Below are positions 8,820 through 18,292 of a DNA stretch of 64,000 nt, piece after piece. Made by a program: the position numbers and the translations under genes. Source of the stretch: a virus. Taxonomy: Duplodnaviria; Caudoviricetes. The stretch lies in IMG/VR virus record IMGVR_UViG_3300031784_000006, one strand, 5' to 3'. The number at the start of each line of letters is the position of its first letter. Position 1 is the first letter of the stretch. A model generated the notes under the pieces. It saw only the letters and a list, made by a program, of their open reading frames with translations. It was not told where the DNA came from and did not search any database.

Positions 8820-9566
8820 TCAATATTTACCTTCAGTGCAATACTCCACTTTCTTGTTTGGGTAATAAGGATATTTACCTTCTTGTGGTTTCATCCATCC
8901 ACACCCAATCAACCAATCCATAGTCATTGGTGTTGGACGAATTTGATCCCACAGAGGACCTTTGGAACACATCTCTAACTTTTCAGCAGTTACATTTGAT
9001 TGTTCTTCTGCCCAGTTAGCATCTGCTTCCCAAGGGACTGCACGACTTTGCATCATAGACTCATAAGTTAGTCTTGTAGTCTTCATAATCCAAGCAGGAA
9101 TTTCACTATCCTGATGCACTTGTGCCATAAATGAAGTTTGCAATCCACCACCCATACAATCTTGAACTACGTGCCATCCCTCATGTCTCATTGTTCCAAG
9201 AAACTCTCTTGGATCTTTGAGAAGAGTTTCATTCACAAAGAAACGATTGTAGTTTGGTTTATATAATCCTACTGTTCTTGGAGTAAAGTATCTTTCTGGT
9301 GCAACATACACAGGAACATTTACACCATCAAGAGCAGTAATAATTTTTTTTAGTTCTTCTCTAAATGGATCAAAGTCTGGATCTTTTAATAACTCAGAAT
9401 CTACTGTGAGTTTTTCTACACCCTCAGTACATTCTAGAAGTATCATACAACCCATTGCAGCAGCACTGTATGGTTTTACTGTTGGTTGTGTTGGTGCTAA
9501 AGAACTAGCAATAGCCGGAAATGTTAAGGTTAACGATAAACCAATTGTTGTTAGGATTTTCTTCAT
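8820..9566 (-). CDS. exported putative zinc metallopeptidase
   Basis: Signal peptide; HEGWH (HExxH) motif. Confidence 0.55.
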   Translation of the reverse strand: MKKILTTIGLSLTLTFPAIASSLAPTQPTVKPYSAAAMGCMILLECTEGVEKLTVDSELLKDPDFDPFREELKKIITALDGVNVPVYVAPERYFTPRTVGLYKPNYNRFFVNETLLKDPREFLGTMRHEGWHVVQDCMGGGLQTSFMAQVHQDSEIPAWIMKTTRLTYESMMQSRAVPWEADANWAEEQSNVTAEKLEMCSKGPLWDQIRPTPMTMDWLIGCGWMKPQEGKYPYYPNKKVEYCTEGKY

Positions 9567-9763
9567 TCATCCCACCATCCTTCTTGTTTATGTATCCAGA
9601 CTTTCAAATCTTTTACATACTTTCTCAAAATCTGGGCTTGTTCTTCATGCCAAAAATCACCCGTCTCCATAAAAAGACGGGTGTGATTATCTATAGCTTT
9701 GAGTATTTGGTGGATGGGAGCATTCCAACACTCTCGTTTAGGAGTGTTCCATTCTCTTGGCAT
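9563..9763 (-). CDS. hypothetical protein
   Basis: ORF track. Confidence 0.55.
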   Translation of the reverse strand: MPREWNTPKRECWNAPIHQILKAIDNHTRLFMETGDFWHEEQAQILRKYVKDLKVWIHKQEGWWDE

Positions 9764-9866
9764 TGGTATGTAAATGTGTAAATTTGTTTATTATCTAAAA
9801 AATCAGTTTGGCATAAATCAGGACCAACTATCATATGTCCCACAACAGTCAAAGTCACAAATTCAA

Positions 9867-9983
9867 TCATTTTTTCTTGCCACCATTTTTTGCCTTTTTA
9901 GCATTGGCATTCCCAGAGTTCTGCTTTTTATTATTAGCAGAACCTGCGCTACCTTTTTTACCTTTGTTTGCTGACTTTGACAT
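9867..9983 (-). CDS. 38-aa basic K/G/N-rich peptide (MSKSANKGKKGSAG...)
   Basis: Translated by hand; ATG overlaps the upstream TAA. Confidence 0.55.
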   Translation of the reverse strand: MSKSANKGKKGSAGSANNKKQNSGNANAKKAKNGGKKK

Positions 9984-10330
9984 TATGCTCCTGTGCGAGG
10001 TGTGACTTGACCCTCTTCAAGTGCCTCAACTCTCTCTTCAAGGGTTGGTTCTGGTGCAGCAACTTCGGGTGCTGGTGGTTCTGGTGGTGCTTCTGCAACC
10101 ACTTCTCTACGTGGTTCTTCTTTTTTTTCATCTTCATCATCACCCTTATTCTTCAATGTATTAATACCAAAGGTAGCAGCAGATGCGGTGAAAACAGTAG
10201 CAATAAAAGTGGGGTCCATCTTAGCGAGGGCCCCAGCATAACTAGCAGTAAGAAGAGCGGCAGACCAACCCAAAATCGCAATACGAATAACAGTACTCAT
10301 ACATTTTTCCTTTTTGTTTGGTGTTTCCAT
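9983..10330 (-). CDS. membrane protein with two TM helices and a Pro/Glu-rich tail (holin-like position)
   Basis: Two hydrophobic segments; adjacent to endolysin. Confidence 0.55.
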   Translation of the reverse strand: METPNKKEKCMSTVIRIAILGWSAALLTASYAGALAKMDPTFIATVFTASAATFGINTLKNKGDDEDEKKEEPRREVVAEAPPEPPAPEVAAPEPTLEERVEALEEGQVTPRTGA

Positions 10331-10347
10331 TTGTTCCTAGTGTGAGG

Positions 10348-11019
10348 TTAACCTTTTTTCCAAGCTTCACCTTCTGCTTTTCTTCTACGTGCTAGTCCTG
10401 CTTCTACGTTAGAACCAGGGTTGCGGTAGAGATAAAGCGCATCGGGAACTAAATCCCATTCTTTATTCTTCAGGCGTTTAGTAATAGTATTAAAGTTATC
10501 GCCACCGTAAAAACCGGCACCAAGATTATAAGCAAAGCTGAGCAGAGCGCCTCTTTTTCCATCTGACATTTCATTCCAATGTGGGATTTTACGAAGTGCA
10601 GGAAGGAACTCATTTTTACACTGCTCAATGAGAAGTGCATCTGCTTCCTGTTGAGTTAGAGTATCTCCAAGTTTAAAGTGTGAACCATCCTTCTTGCGAG
10701 TTGATCCCCAACCAATTGTGATTGGGAGTCCACCTGTGAGAGGATCGGGGTATGCTTTGAGATGACATCCCTCAAACTCTTTGATGAGTTTTAATCCCAT
10801 CATTGGCACATCATCACCACCTGTTACAGGAGCTGCAGCAGCGGGAGCGGATGCCGGTGCAGCACTATTCTTTTTTCCCCTATAGATCTCCGCCCAATCA
10901 ATATTATCTTCTAGATATTTGACTGGGAGGTTATCTTCTAACCACTGAACTGCTTTAACGTGGTTTGGATTCTTCTCATCATAGAATTTGAAGAAGTTAT
11001 GTAGATCTATTCTTGCCAT
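10348..11019 (-). CDS. GH24 lysozyme/endolysin
   Basis: IKEFEGCHLKAYPD...TIGWG; SFAYNLG; GLARRRKAE motifs. Confidence 0.92.
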   Translation of the reverse strand: MARIDLHNFFKFYDEKNPNHVKAVQWLEDNLPVKYLEDNIDWAEIYRGKKNSAAPASAPAAAAPVTGGDDVPMMGLKLIKEFEGCHLKAYPDPLTGGLPITIGWGSTRKKDGSHFKLGDTLTQQEADALLIEQCKNEFLPALRKIPHWNEMSDGKRGALLSFAYNLGAGFYGGDNFNTITKRLKNKEWDLVPDALYLYRNPGSNVEAGLARRRKAEGEAWKKG

Positions 11020-11117
11020 TGTTGTCTCCGAAATAACGTTGATAAAGTTCGTTTGCTTCTATATGCTTACCATGATTTGTAAGTTCTCTAATCACTTTAA
11101 GCATTTTTGCTTTAAAT

Positions 11118-11789
11118 CTAGTCGAAGATTCTTCCCCACCCATCGTTTCCTCCTGGACACCAGCGGTGCTTAAGAACTGCTTTGGTATAGATCGTTTTCT
11201 TACCGTTAGTCACAGGACCAGTATAGTTATCGTTCAGAGAACCATATGGATCGTTGACATAGTATCCTTTACCATCTGGAGTCTTACCAATCACAACACA
11301 CATGTGTCCACCAGTGGGCGAAGTTAAAGAACCTCTGTGGAGAATGCCAATAACAACTGGTTTACCTCTATCAAGGCTTTTATCAATATCACTAAAACTA
11401 AGATTATAACTAAAGTGAGATTTAATACCATAACCAGACAGAACTTTTGTCTGTACCGCATGGTCGGTTGTATCACCGATGGCAAATACTTTCTTAACAT
11501 ATTCATCATCACCTTTAATGCTACCTGGCTTGAGGAAAGCAAGACACATAGCACATGATGAACTGTTACAAGTTCTTTGTGCGTCTCTATAGTTGTCTAC
11601 TTGATTGAAATATGGAACATCAAGTACTGCAGGAGTTGGTGGTTTGGTTCTGAACATACCAATCCAATCTGTTTCTGCATCATCTAAAAATTGAGCGGGA
11701 AGATTATCTTCTAACCACTGAACCGCAGATACATGGTTCGTATTACTATCATCATAAAATTTAAAAAAGTTATGAAGATCTAGGGTCAT
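11118..11789 (-). CDS. C39-like cysteine peptidase
   Basis: VPYFNQ...TCNSSSCAM; GGHMCVVIG; VNDPYG. Confidence 0.85.
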   Translation of the reverse strand: MTLDLHNFFKFYDDSNTNHVSAVQWLEDNLPAQFLDDAETDWIGMFRTKPPTPAVLDVPYFNQVDNYRDAQRTCNSSSCAMCLAFLKPGSIKGDDEYVKKVFAIGDTTDHAVQTKVLSGYGIKSHFSYNLSFSDIDKSLDRGKPVVIGILHRGSLTSPTGGHMCVVIGKTPDGKGYYVNDPYGSLNDNYTGPVTNGKKTIYTKAVLKHRWCPGGNDGWGRIFD

Positions 11790-11821
11790 GGATTATCTCT
11801 ATAAACACTAACGTATTTATA

Positions 11822-11845
11822 AAAAAAGCGCCCTTTTGGGCGCTT
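11822..11845 (-). terminator. intrinsic terminator
   Basis: AAAGCGCCC-AAAA-GGGCGCTTT followed by Ts. Confidence 0.7.
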
Positions 11846-11854
11846 TGATTATTT

Positions 11855-12382
11855 TCAAGCAGTAACAGTTTCTCGCACTGTAGATTTTACATAATCGAGA
11901 ACCATTTCTGGAGTAGTCGCTTCATAAGGGTCGGTGTCTGCGTTGTCCCGTTGCCCCACCTCAACGAATAGTTTTTCGATGATTCCGTTATCCACGACCG
12001 CAGCATAACGCCAAGAGCGATCACCGAAACCAAGGTTAGACTTGCTGACGAGCATACCCATAGAACGTGTGAAATATGCATTTCCGTCTGGAATGAGTTT
12101 TACATTCTTGATGTTCTGATCCTGGGCCCAGGCATTCATCACAAACCCATCATTAACAGAGATGCAGTAAATAGCGTCGATGCCACTACCAATAAAGTCA
12201 TCGTATTTCTCTTCGAATCCAGGAAGCTGATAGGCACTGCAAGTAGGAGTGAAAGCACCAGGCAGACTAAACAAGACCACACGCTTTCCATTGAATAGTT
12301 CTGAAGTGGTACGAGTTACAAATTCCCCATTCTCACGAAATACAAATTGTACTTGTGGGACTTCGTATTGTTCTTTACGCAT
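11855..12382 (-). CDS. peroxiredoxin (Prx5/type II)
   Basis: FSLPGAFTPTCS; SVNDGFVMNAW; start MRKEQY after GGAGG. Confidence 0.93.
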   Translation of the reverse strand: MRKEQYEVPQVQFVFRENGEFVTRTTSELFNGKRVVLFSLPGAFTPTCSAYQLPGFEEKYDDFIGSGIDAIYCISVNDGFVMNAWAQDQNIKNVKLIPDGNAYFTRSMGMLVSKSNLGFGDRSWRYAAVVDNGIIEKLFVEVGQRDNADTDPYEATTPEMVLDYVKSTVRETVTA

Positions 12383-12393
12383 TTTAACCTCCA

Positions 12394-12501
12394 TCACCAA
12401 ATACCAGGAATAATTTGACCAGTAAGGGCATAAGAACCCATTGCGGCAACAATACCAATCATTGCTGCCCAACCATTAATACGTTCTGCGCGTTCGTTCA
12501 T
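12394..12501 (-). CDS. hli: high-light-inducible protein (35 aa)
   Basis: MNERAERINGWAAMIG: AExxNGRxAMIG-type motif; not in ORF track. Confidence 0.88.
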   Translation of the reverse strand: MNERAERINGWAAMIGIVAAMGSYALTGQIIPGIW

Positions 12502-12513
12502 TGTTTTTCTCCT

Positions 12514-12696
12514 TTATTTTACTTTAGAATAGATAGATGTTTCACCATAGTCACGGTGAATTTTGTAACCAACAACTGCACCCTTAGTATTCATCAGGGC
12601 AGGCATAAAAACAATTGTAAAGAATACTGCTGGTGCTCCAATAAAGAGAGCAGCAACAATTACATAATAAGTCAGCAGTTCAATCAAGTCAGGCAT
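12514..12696 (-). CDS. small membrane hypothetical protein
   Basis: Hydrophobic helix; start set to MPDLIE. Confidence 0.55.
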   Translation of the reverse strand: MPDLIELLTYYVIVAALFIGAPAVFFTIVFMPALMNTKGAVVGYKIHRDYGETSIYSKVK

Positions 12697-12958
12697 TGTA
12701 AGGATGTTGTTGTTTAAGTTCAGGATTTGGTTGTGAAGGAACAACTGGGTTCCTTGACTTGTTTTTGATTACGATGAAAGCATCGTTTTGGTAGGATACT
12801 GTTCCGAATGGTTTTGCCCATTTGGGATTTGCATCTGGGTGGGTTGCAGTTCCTGTTACTGCCACACCACCAATCTCTACAGAGAGTTCATCATTAGCAT
12901 CCCACCCAAGTTCTTGAAGGGCAAGAGAAAATTGCCCAAGCATTCCAGGAGTGCTCAC
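12689..12958 (-). CDS. hypothetical protein
   Basis: ORF track; coupled to petF. Confidence 0.65.
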   Translation of the reverse strand: MSTPGMLGQFSLALQELGWDANDELSVEIGGVAVTGTATHPDANPKWAKPFGTVSYQNDAFIVIKNKSRNPVVPSQPNPELKQQHPYNA

Positions 12959-13248
12959 AGGTTTTCTTCCTGCTCAGTAAGAATTACACAATCACTGGTT
13001 GGATATGCTACACAAGTAAGAACCCAACCATCAGCAATCTGGTCATCATCAAGAAACGATTGTTCTTCATTGTCTACAGTTCCCGAAATAAGTTTACCTG
13101 CACAGGCACTACAAGCACCTGCTTTACAAGATGAGGGAAGATCTACCCCTGCTTCTTCTGCTGCTTCAAGAATGTATTGGTCATCTTGACATTCAATTGT
13201 AGTTTCAGTGCCATCAGGGGATTGGAGAGTGACATTAAAAACGGTCAT
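12955..13248 (-). CDS. petF: plant-type 2Fe-2S ferredoxin
   Basis: [13 protein letters not shown]...[14 protein letters not shown]. Confidence 0.97.
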   Translation of the reverse strand: MTVFNVTLQSPDGTETTIECQDDQYILEAAEEAGVDLPSSCKAGACSACAGKLISGTVDNEEQSFLDDDQIADGWVLTCVAYPTSDCVILTEQEENL

Positions 13249-13334
13249 TAGTAAGTCTCACAAAGTTTTTCTACGGATGCTGCCAACAGAACGAAGAAGG
13301 CAACTGAAGTCATTGTAAAGATAATTGAAGTCAT
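13248..13334 (-). CDS. 28-aa single-helix membrane peptide
   Basis: [28 protein letters not shown]; stop overlaps the petF ATG. Confidence 0.5.
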   Translation of the reverse strand: MTSIIFTMTSVAFFVLLAASVEKLCETY

Positions 13335-13343
13335 TGTCAACCC

Positions 13344-13553
13344 TCAGAGGATCCCGAAGAAAAGTTTTCCTGTCAATGCATATGAAATAATTGCCGACAA
13401 AAATCCAATCATCGCAGTGCGTCCATTTAAACGCTCAGCTTTCTCAGCATAAGGTTCGATACCATAACGCTCAAGGTCTTCCTTGGTCATATACATTGCA
13501 GGTTCTTTAGCAAACATATTCATTTGCCCGAACTCATTTTTGGTTACAGTCAT
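13344..13553 (-). CDS. hli: high-light-inducible protein
   Basis: AERLNGRTAMIG motif; NEFGQMNMFAKEP phage HLIP extension. Confidence 0.9.
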   Translation of the reverse strand: MTVTKNEFGQMNMFAKEPAMYMTKEDLERYGIEPYAEKAERLNGRTAMIGFLSAIISYALTGKLFFGIL

Positions 13554-13677
13554 TTTTCGTTTTATTACGAATTATTACACAATTATATAGGAAATCTTAA
13601 GAGGTGTCAAGTCACTGTGTCAGGAAGTCAAAAAAAGACCACCCTAAGGTGGTCTGATTTAATTTATGAGTGAATTA

Positions 13678-15144
13678 TCAGAACTTGAAGGTAGTCTGGA
13701 CTACACCACCCCAGTTAGAGGAGTTATCAGCAAGGCGCTGATTATCGCTAGCATAGAAGATAGCAGGGGTGACGCTGATGTTATCAGACACTTGATACTT
13801 ATAGAAAATCTCAAGCATCGTGGACTTCTCAAGGTTTTCGCCAGTAGGTGCCTGACCGACAGCAACGCCAGCGGTGTTACCCTTAGCAAATACATCTGCC
13901 CACTGGAGACCAGCGAACCAGGACTGACTATCAGTAGCATCGCTAGCAGTTCCACTCACGGTGTTCCAACCATAACCAGCAGAGATAGCAGGGATAATAC
14001 CAGACTTCTCAGGCTCCCAATATGCGTTCAGAGCATAACCGTTGGAGGTTTGACCAGGGACCAGAGTACCCGAAGCACCATCAATACCGTTGTAGGTGCG
14101 AACACGAGTGCCTTCAGTACCATAACGATAACCGAATGCAACACCGTAGTTCTTACCACGATAACCGATTTGTGTAAGAGTATTCAGAGCACCAGTCTCA
14201 TCAAATACACCAGTCTCACTATCGCTACCATTTTGAGCAACGTAGTTTACACCAGCAACAAGACCTTTCTTACCATACTGAACACCGAAACCAGCACCAG
14301 TTGCCTTGTTATAGACACCAGGAGTACCAGCAACAGCAAAGAAATCAAGAATACCAGACTTATAAGCAGAAGGAACCCAGGCAATCTCAGTGTTACGAAC
14401 TGCAGCACCAGCAGTCAGAGTTGCTTTGTTATTGAAAGCAGGGAACTGATAGAACAGACGGTCGATAACTACATTGTTACCAACTTCACTGGTGGTGTTA
14501 TCTGCCTTATCCAGTTTGAACAGGGAAGAGCTGGAACCAAAAGGATTGCTACTAAAGTTAGAAGAACGCAGACGAGTGCGAAGTAGATCTTGACCAGTAA
14601 ACGAAGTATCTAGGTTCAGGCGCAGATCATAATTAAATGCTGCGTGGGTTACAGTACCGTCTTTGGCTTGATAACCATCGACATTACCGAGTACAAAGTT
14701 TGTTTCACCACGCAGTTTAGTAGTGGTGGAGAATTGAGTTGCTCCAAGAGAACCAACAACGCTCTCCAGTCCATCTACACGACCTTGAAGAGTAGTGAGC
14801 TCATTGCGGAATTCATCAGCAAGACGCTTGAGTTCATCAGTATTTTCAGTTACACGGTCAAGACAAGCATTCAGAAGTGCTGCTGCCTCATAACGGGTCA
14901 TTGCACGACTACCACCAAAGGTGCCGTTTGCATAACCAGCAACGCAACCATAACGCTCTACAAGGTTGCTGAGTGCCTGATATGCCCAATCAGTGGGTTG
15001 CACATCAGAAAGTTGATTGACGCTTGTAACTTGCTCAGAGGAATATTGGTTGACTGCTGCCATGTTAAGGTCTGCCGCATTCGCAGCAACAGGAGCAACC
15101 ATTCCCAGAGCAACAGGTGCAAGCATCAGTTGTTTGAGTTTCAT
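13678..15144 (-). CDS. cyanobacterial SomA-type porin (SLH domain plus beta-barrel)
   Basis: Signal peptide; SDVQPTDWAYQAL...RYEAAALLNACL SLH; C-terminal TTFKF. Confidence 0.92.
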   Translation of the reverse strand: MKLKQLMLAPVALGMVAPVAANAADLNMAAVNQYSSEQVTSVNQLSDVQPTDWAYQALSNLVERYGCVAGYANGTFGGSRAMTRYEAAALLNACLDRVTENTDELKRLADEFRNELTTLQGRVDGLESVVGSLGATQFSTTTKLRGETNFVLGNVDGYQAKDGTVTHAAFNYDLRLNLDTSFTGQDLLRTRLRSSNFSSNPFGSSSSLFKLDKADNTTSEVGNNVVIDRLFYQFPAFNNKATLTAGAAVRNTEIAWVPSAYKSGILDFFAVAGTPGVYNKATGAGFGVQYGKKGLVAGVNYVAQNGSDSETGVFDETGALNTLTQIGYRGKNYGVAFGYRYGTEGTRVRTYNGIDGASGTLVPGQTSNGYALNAYWEPEKSGIIPAISAGYGWNTVSGTASDATDSQSWFAGLQWADVFAKGNTAGVAVGQAPTGENLEKSTMLEIFYKYQVSDNISVTPAIFYASDNQRLADNSSNWGGVVQTTFKF

Positions 15145-15234
15145 AAAAATTGTTTATGTACTATAGGACGAATGTTAAGAATTACAACTGAATTCTTAAG
15201 TACTTATTTAGTGTACTGATTTTTTTTAGATTTG

Positions 15235-16032
15235 TCAAGTATTTTGTTGAGATGAAGAATTTTCAACTACTCGACCTAAGTAAGGATTATAATCCATAAG
15301 TTCATCGATTGTTATATCAGAACCTTTTTGGCTCCAATGATTATATTGGCCTTCATAATTCCCCCTATGGAAAGCATCAATATGATCTGGATGAATAGAA
15401 GATCCCAGTTCAATTCTATAAAGAAGAAGTGGTAGAGAATACGTATTACCCGAATTATAAATCAAATCATCGGCAACAGGGCGAGGTTTAACTCCATTAT
15501 CAAGTTTATACTTGTTATCTCTTACATGGAACTTAAGTAGTTTTTCTGCATGATGACGAGTTATAAGATAACAAGCTGTAGAAAATTCATTTACAAATCT
15601 TTTATGTACTTTTATGTGAACGTCACCCGTACATATAATAGCTATTTGCATCACATCCCAATCATATGGAATTCTGCAGTAAAAATCATTCCAAGTAAAA
15701 TTCCAAAACTTGACAAGATCTAAATTACAATCATCTTCCATAATGACTGCATATGGACTATTTGATGTTTCATACCAATGTTTAATGGCTTTTAGATGAG
15801 AAGTTACGCACCCAATTTCACCAGAAGACATCATCTCAGGGTATCTTCCTTTAATAATGCCACTCAAATCATCTTCTCTACCATCATAGGCAGAAATGCG
15901 AGTATAGTTTTCGATTTCCCAATATTTAAATTGGTCTTCCATATACTGACGCCTTTCTGGTTGACCATCGAGATTCAAGTAATAAATCGGACCAATTCCA
16001 TTTAATTTATATGCTGATTTGTTTTTATCCAT
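15235..16032 (-). CDS. glycosyltransferase family 25
   Basis: YYLNLD...RR; GEIGCVTSH; IMEDD. Confidence 0.85.
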   Translation of the reverse strand: MDKNKSAYKLNGIGPIYYLNLDGQPERRQYMEDQFKYWEIENYTRISAYDGREDDLSGIIKGRYPEMMSSGEIGCVTSHLKAIKHWYETSNSPYAVIMEDDCNLDLVKFWNFTWNDFYCRIPYDWDVMQIAIICTGDVHIKVHKRFVNEFSTACYLITRHHAEKLLKFHVRDNKYKLDNGVKPRPVADDLIYNSGNTYSLPLLLYRIELGSSIHPDHIDAFHRGNYEGQYNHWSQKGSDITIDELMDYNPYLGRVVENSSSQQNT

Positions 16033-16820
16033 TATACCGTATAAACTGCGCCATGTTGATATGTAAAACCTTTCACAGGAATAATATGTTTCTGTTCCAT
16101 AAGAAGATTTATACCAAGATATTTAATTGGAGCGTCACCCCATCTCTTAGTATAGAAACCACCAGTTTTATCCAATTCATTATAAAATCTCATATATTCA
16201 CTTGTCAAGAACCACGATACTTTTCCAAGTTCAAAGTTGGTATAAAACATCATACCGTCTTCAATAAAGTTTTCGGGGATTAATTCATTTACCTTTTCCC
16301 ATAAACCTTCAATCACTTTTGGATTATCTTTCTGGATGGCTGGGGCAATAAATCCATAATAACATTCATTATCTTCCGCCCACTTAAAGATATCGTAATT
16401 AAGTGGAGTATGAATAAAGGAATCAGTATCAAGTCTCAAGTAATAATCATACTCTTTTATAACATCATTGTTATAAAGTTCTCCTGAGAAAAATCTACAC
16501 ATATGACGATATCCTATTGAAAATCCAGGATCACCCCATGCTATTGGACCATTTCCATGAGTTGGGTGAGGAAAAAACTCAGGAATTTTATCTAATATTT
16601 CTTGAGGGTAATTGGGAATATTAAATTCAATAGTTTCATATCTAAGGTTCAAGTTTGTTTGAACCTTAGATTTATATTCATCAAACGATTTTTCACAAAA
16701 TACCAAGACATCAGTATTGAAAGTATATGGTATGAGATTTTCTTCTATCAATTTTAATGACTTATTAAAATCATCTACATCTTGATCGGAAGATCTAACT
16801 AGATAAAGAATACAATTCAT
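16032..16820 (-). CDS. GT15 (KRE2/KTR-like) mannosyltransferase-like protein
   Basis: GYRHMCRFFSG, YDYYLRLD, FYTNFELG, GGFYTKRWGDAPI. Confidence 0.75.
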   Translation of the reverse strand: MNCILYLVRSSDQDVDDFNKSLKLIEENLIPYTFNTDVLVFCEKSFDEYKSKVQTNLNLRYETIEFNIPNYPQEILDKIPEFFPHPTHGNGPIAWGDPGFSIGYRHMCRFFSGELYNNDVIKEYDYYLRLDTDSFIHTPLNYDIFKWAEDNECYYGFIAPAIQKDNPKVIEGLWEKVNELIPENFIEDGMMFYTNFELGKVSWFLTSEYMRFYNELDKTGGFYTKRWGDAPIKYLGINLLMEQKHIIPVKGFTYQHGAVYTV

Positions 16821-16864
16821 AAAATTTTCCCCTACAAATTTATAGTATTACTATATTTTTTCAT

Positions 16865-17497
16865 TTATAAAACCCACACTATTTGATATCCCTCATAAAC
16901 AAGAGTTGCTCCAATATCATCCATGAAGTCTTTTACATAATTTCCTTTACCAATTTTAAATTCAGTAAAGAAAGCATCATGATCGTCAACGGCAACTATA
17001 GAACCACTCTTGAGTTTATCTATAGAGGCGCATAATTCTTTCACATGATGAAGTTGCGATGGATGAGGATTGTCTTTTTCAATATCGTAAGAATCCAGAT
17101 ATAAGAAATCAATTTTTCTATCTTTAGGGAGATTCCACAAAAACTTCACGGAATCAGAGCAGAAAACTTTTGTTTTTTCGGAAACAAGGTTGCGACAATA
17201 AGAGACATTATTGATATTAATATCAACAGAATTAACTTCCCCATCATAATGATTAATGAACTGATCGAAAATGTATGTCGATGCGCCATCATCACCAAAT
17301 GCAAGATGTCCGTGGTCTGATCTTGTTGTACCAGTTTCTACAAGATAAAAAGTCTTATCATCTTTTTGTTCTAACAATTCAAATATTTTTAGAAAACTAT
17401 CTGCTCGGTTACGTACAGGATTATTGCCTGCGGGAGATAGCATTTTTTGGTAGAATTCGTTTTTAAAAATTTCAGAGAACTTCATATTATTATCCAT
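16865..17497 (-). CDS. class I SAM-dependent methyltransferase
   Basis: LVETGT motif I; IDFLYLDSYD; VAVDD. Confidence 0.75.
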   Translation of the reverse strand: MDNNMKFSEIFKNEFYQKMLSPAGNNPVRNRADSFLKIFELLEQKDDKTFYLVETGTTRSDHGHLAFGDDGASTYIFDQFINHYDGEVNSVDININNVSYCRNLVSEKTKVFCSDSVKFLWNLPKDRKIDFLYLDSYDIEKDNPHPSQLHHVKELCASIDKLKSGSIVAVDDHDAFFTEFKIGKGNYVKDFMDDIGATLVYEGYQIVWVL

Positions 17498-18291
17498 TTG
17501 TCTGGGTATAAATCTTTTGTATTTTTGTCGGCATTATTTGGACCAAACCACTTAGAAGGAGCAATAACTTGTTCACTATTAGATAACCAAGCGCCCCACC
17601 AACTGAAGGTGCTATTTGCAATTATATGATATTTACAAAGAGACATCAAGCACATATCAATATAACTACTATTCTTTTCAGAAATCAAAAAACGTTCGCC
17701 AACAAATAGTTCTTGAGAACTACACCATTCTGGGTCATCCGAAAATACAATAACATCCAGATTACTATCAAAATGATCTAGGGCTTTCTTATAATAATCC
17801 ATGCCAAGATTATAGTGATTCCCAGAATTTATAAGAAAATCACCTCTCCGAATATGAAGGGATATGGGAGTTTTCATATTTTCCATAATTTCTTTACATG
17901 GTTTGAGAATATTTTGTTTGAATGTAAAATCCTCTCTTATCTGCTCTCCTATTGCAGAAAACCACTTCTCGGACTGAAAAAATCCATACAAAGAAACCTC
18001 ATTAGAACAATGATTATATAAATCGGCATCAAAATGAAATTGCTTTTCGATTACTAAAGGTGCGTGTCCTTGGTCTAATATAAAAATATTTTTTGCATTC
18101 AAACCACAAAGTTCAAAGCAATCAAACAATTCAATTCTTAATTTATTTCCCAAAGAATCCACAACTACTTCATTATGGTTTGGTATGCACCACTCATAAT
18201 TTTTATTTGCTGCTATACCACGCAAAGCTGCATATTGAAACATTTGATTTCCAAGTTGCCCCAATTTACCCAAATGATTAAATGCTAACAT
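17482..18291 (-). CDS. GT11 alpha-1,2-fucosyltransferase-like
   Basis: GQLGNQMFQYA; SLHIRRGD; IANSTFSWWGAWL. Confidence 0.9.
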   Translation of the reverse strand: MLAFNHLGKLGQLGNQMFQYAALRGIAANKNYEWCIPNHNEVVVDSLGNKLRIELFDCFELCGLNAKNIFILDQGHAPLVIEKQFHFDADLYNHCSNEVSLYGFFQSEKWFSAIGEQIREDFTFKQNILKPCKEIMENMKTPISLHIRRGDFLINSGNHYNLGMDYYKKALDHFDSNLDVIVFSDDPEWCSSQELFVGERFLISEKNSSYIDMCLMSLCKYHIIANSTFSWWGAWLSNSEQVIAPSKWFGPNNADKNTKDLYPDKWIII

Positions 18292-18292
18292 T

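Noticed and set aside
11855-12472. 205-aa peroxiredoxin N-terminal extension
   Set aside because: It overlaps the hli gene; the GGAGG RBS supports the start at 12382.
13666-14586. 306-aa plus-strand ORF antisense to the porin (also antisense ORFs over psbA, psbD, cobS, nrdA)
   Set aside because: Shadow frames caused by codon bias of the real genes; no RBS or recognisable domains.
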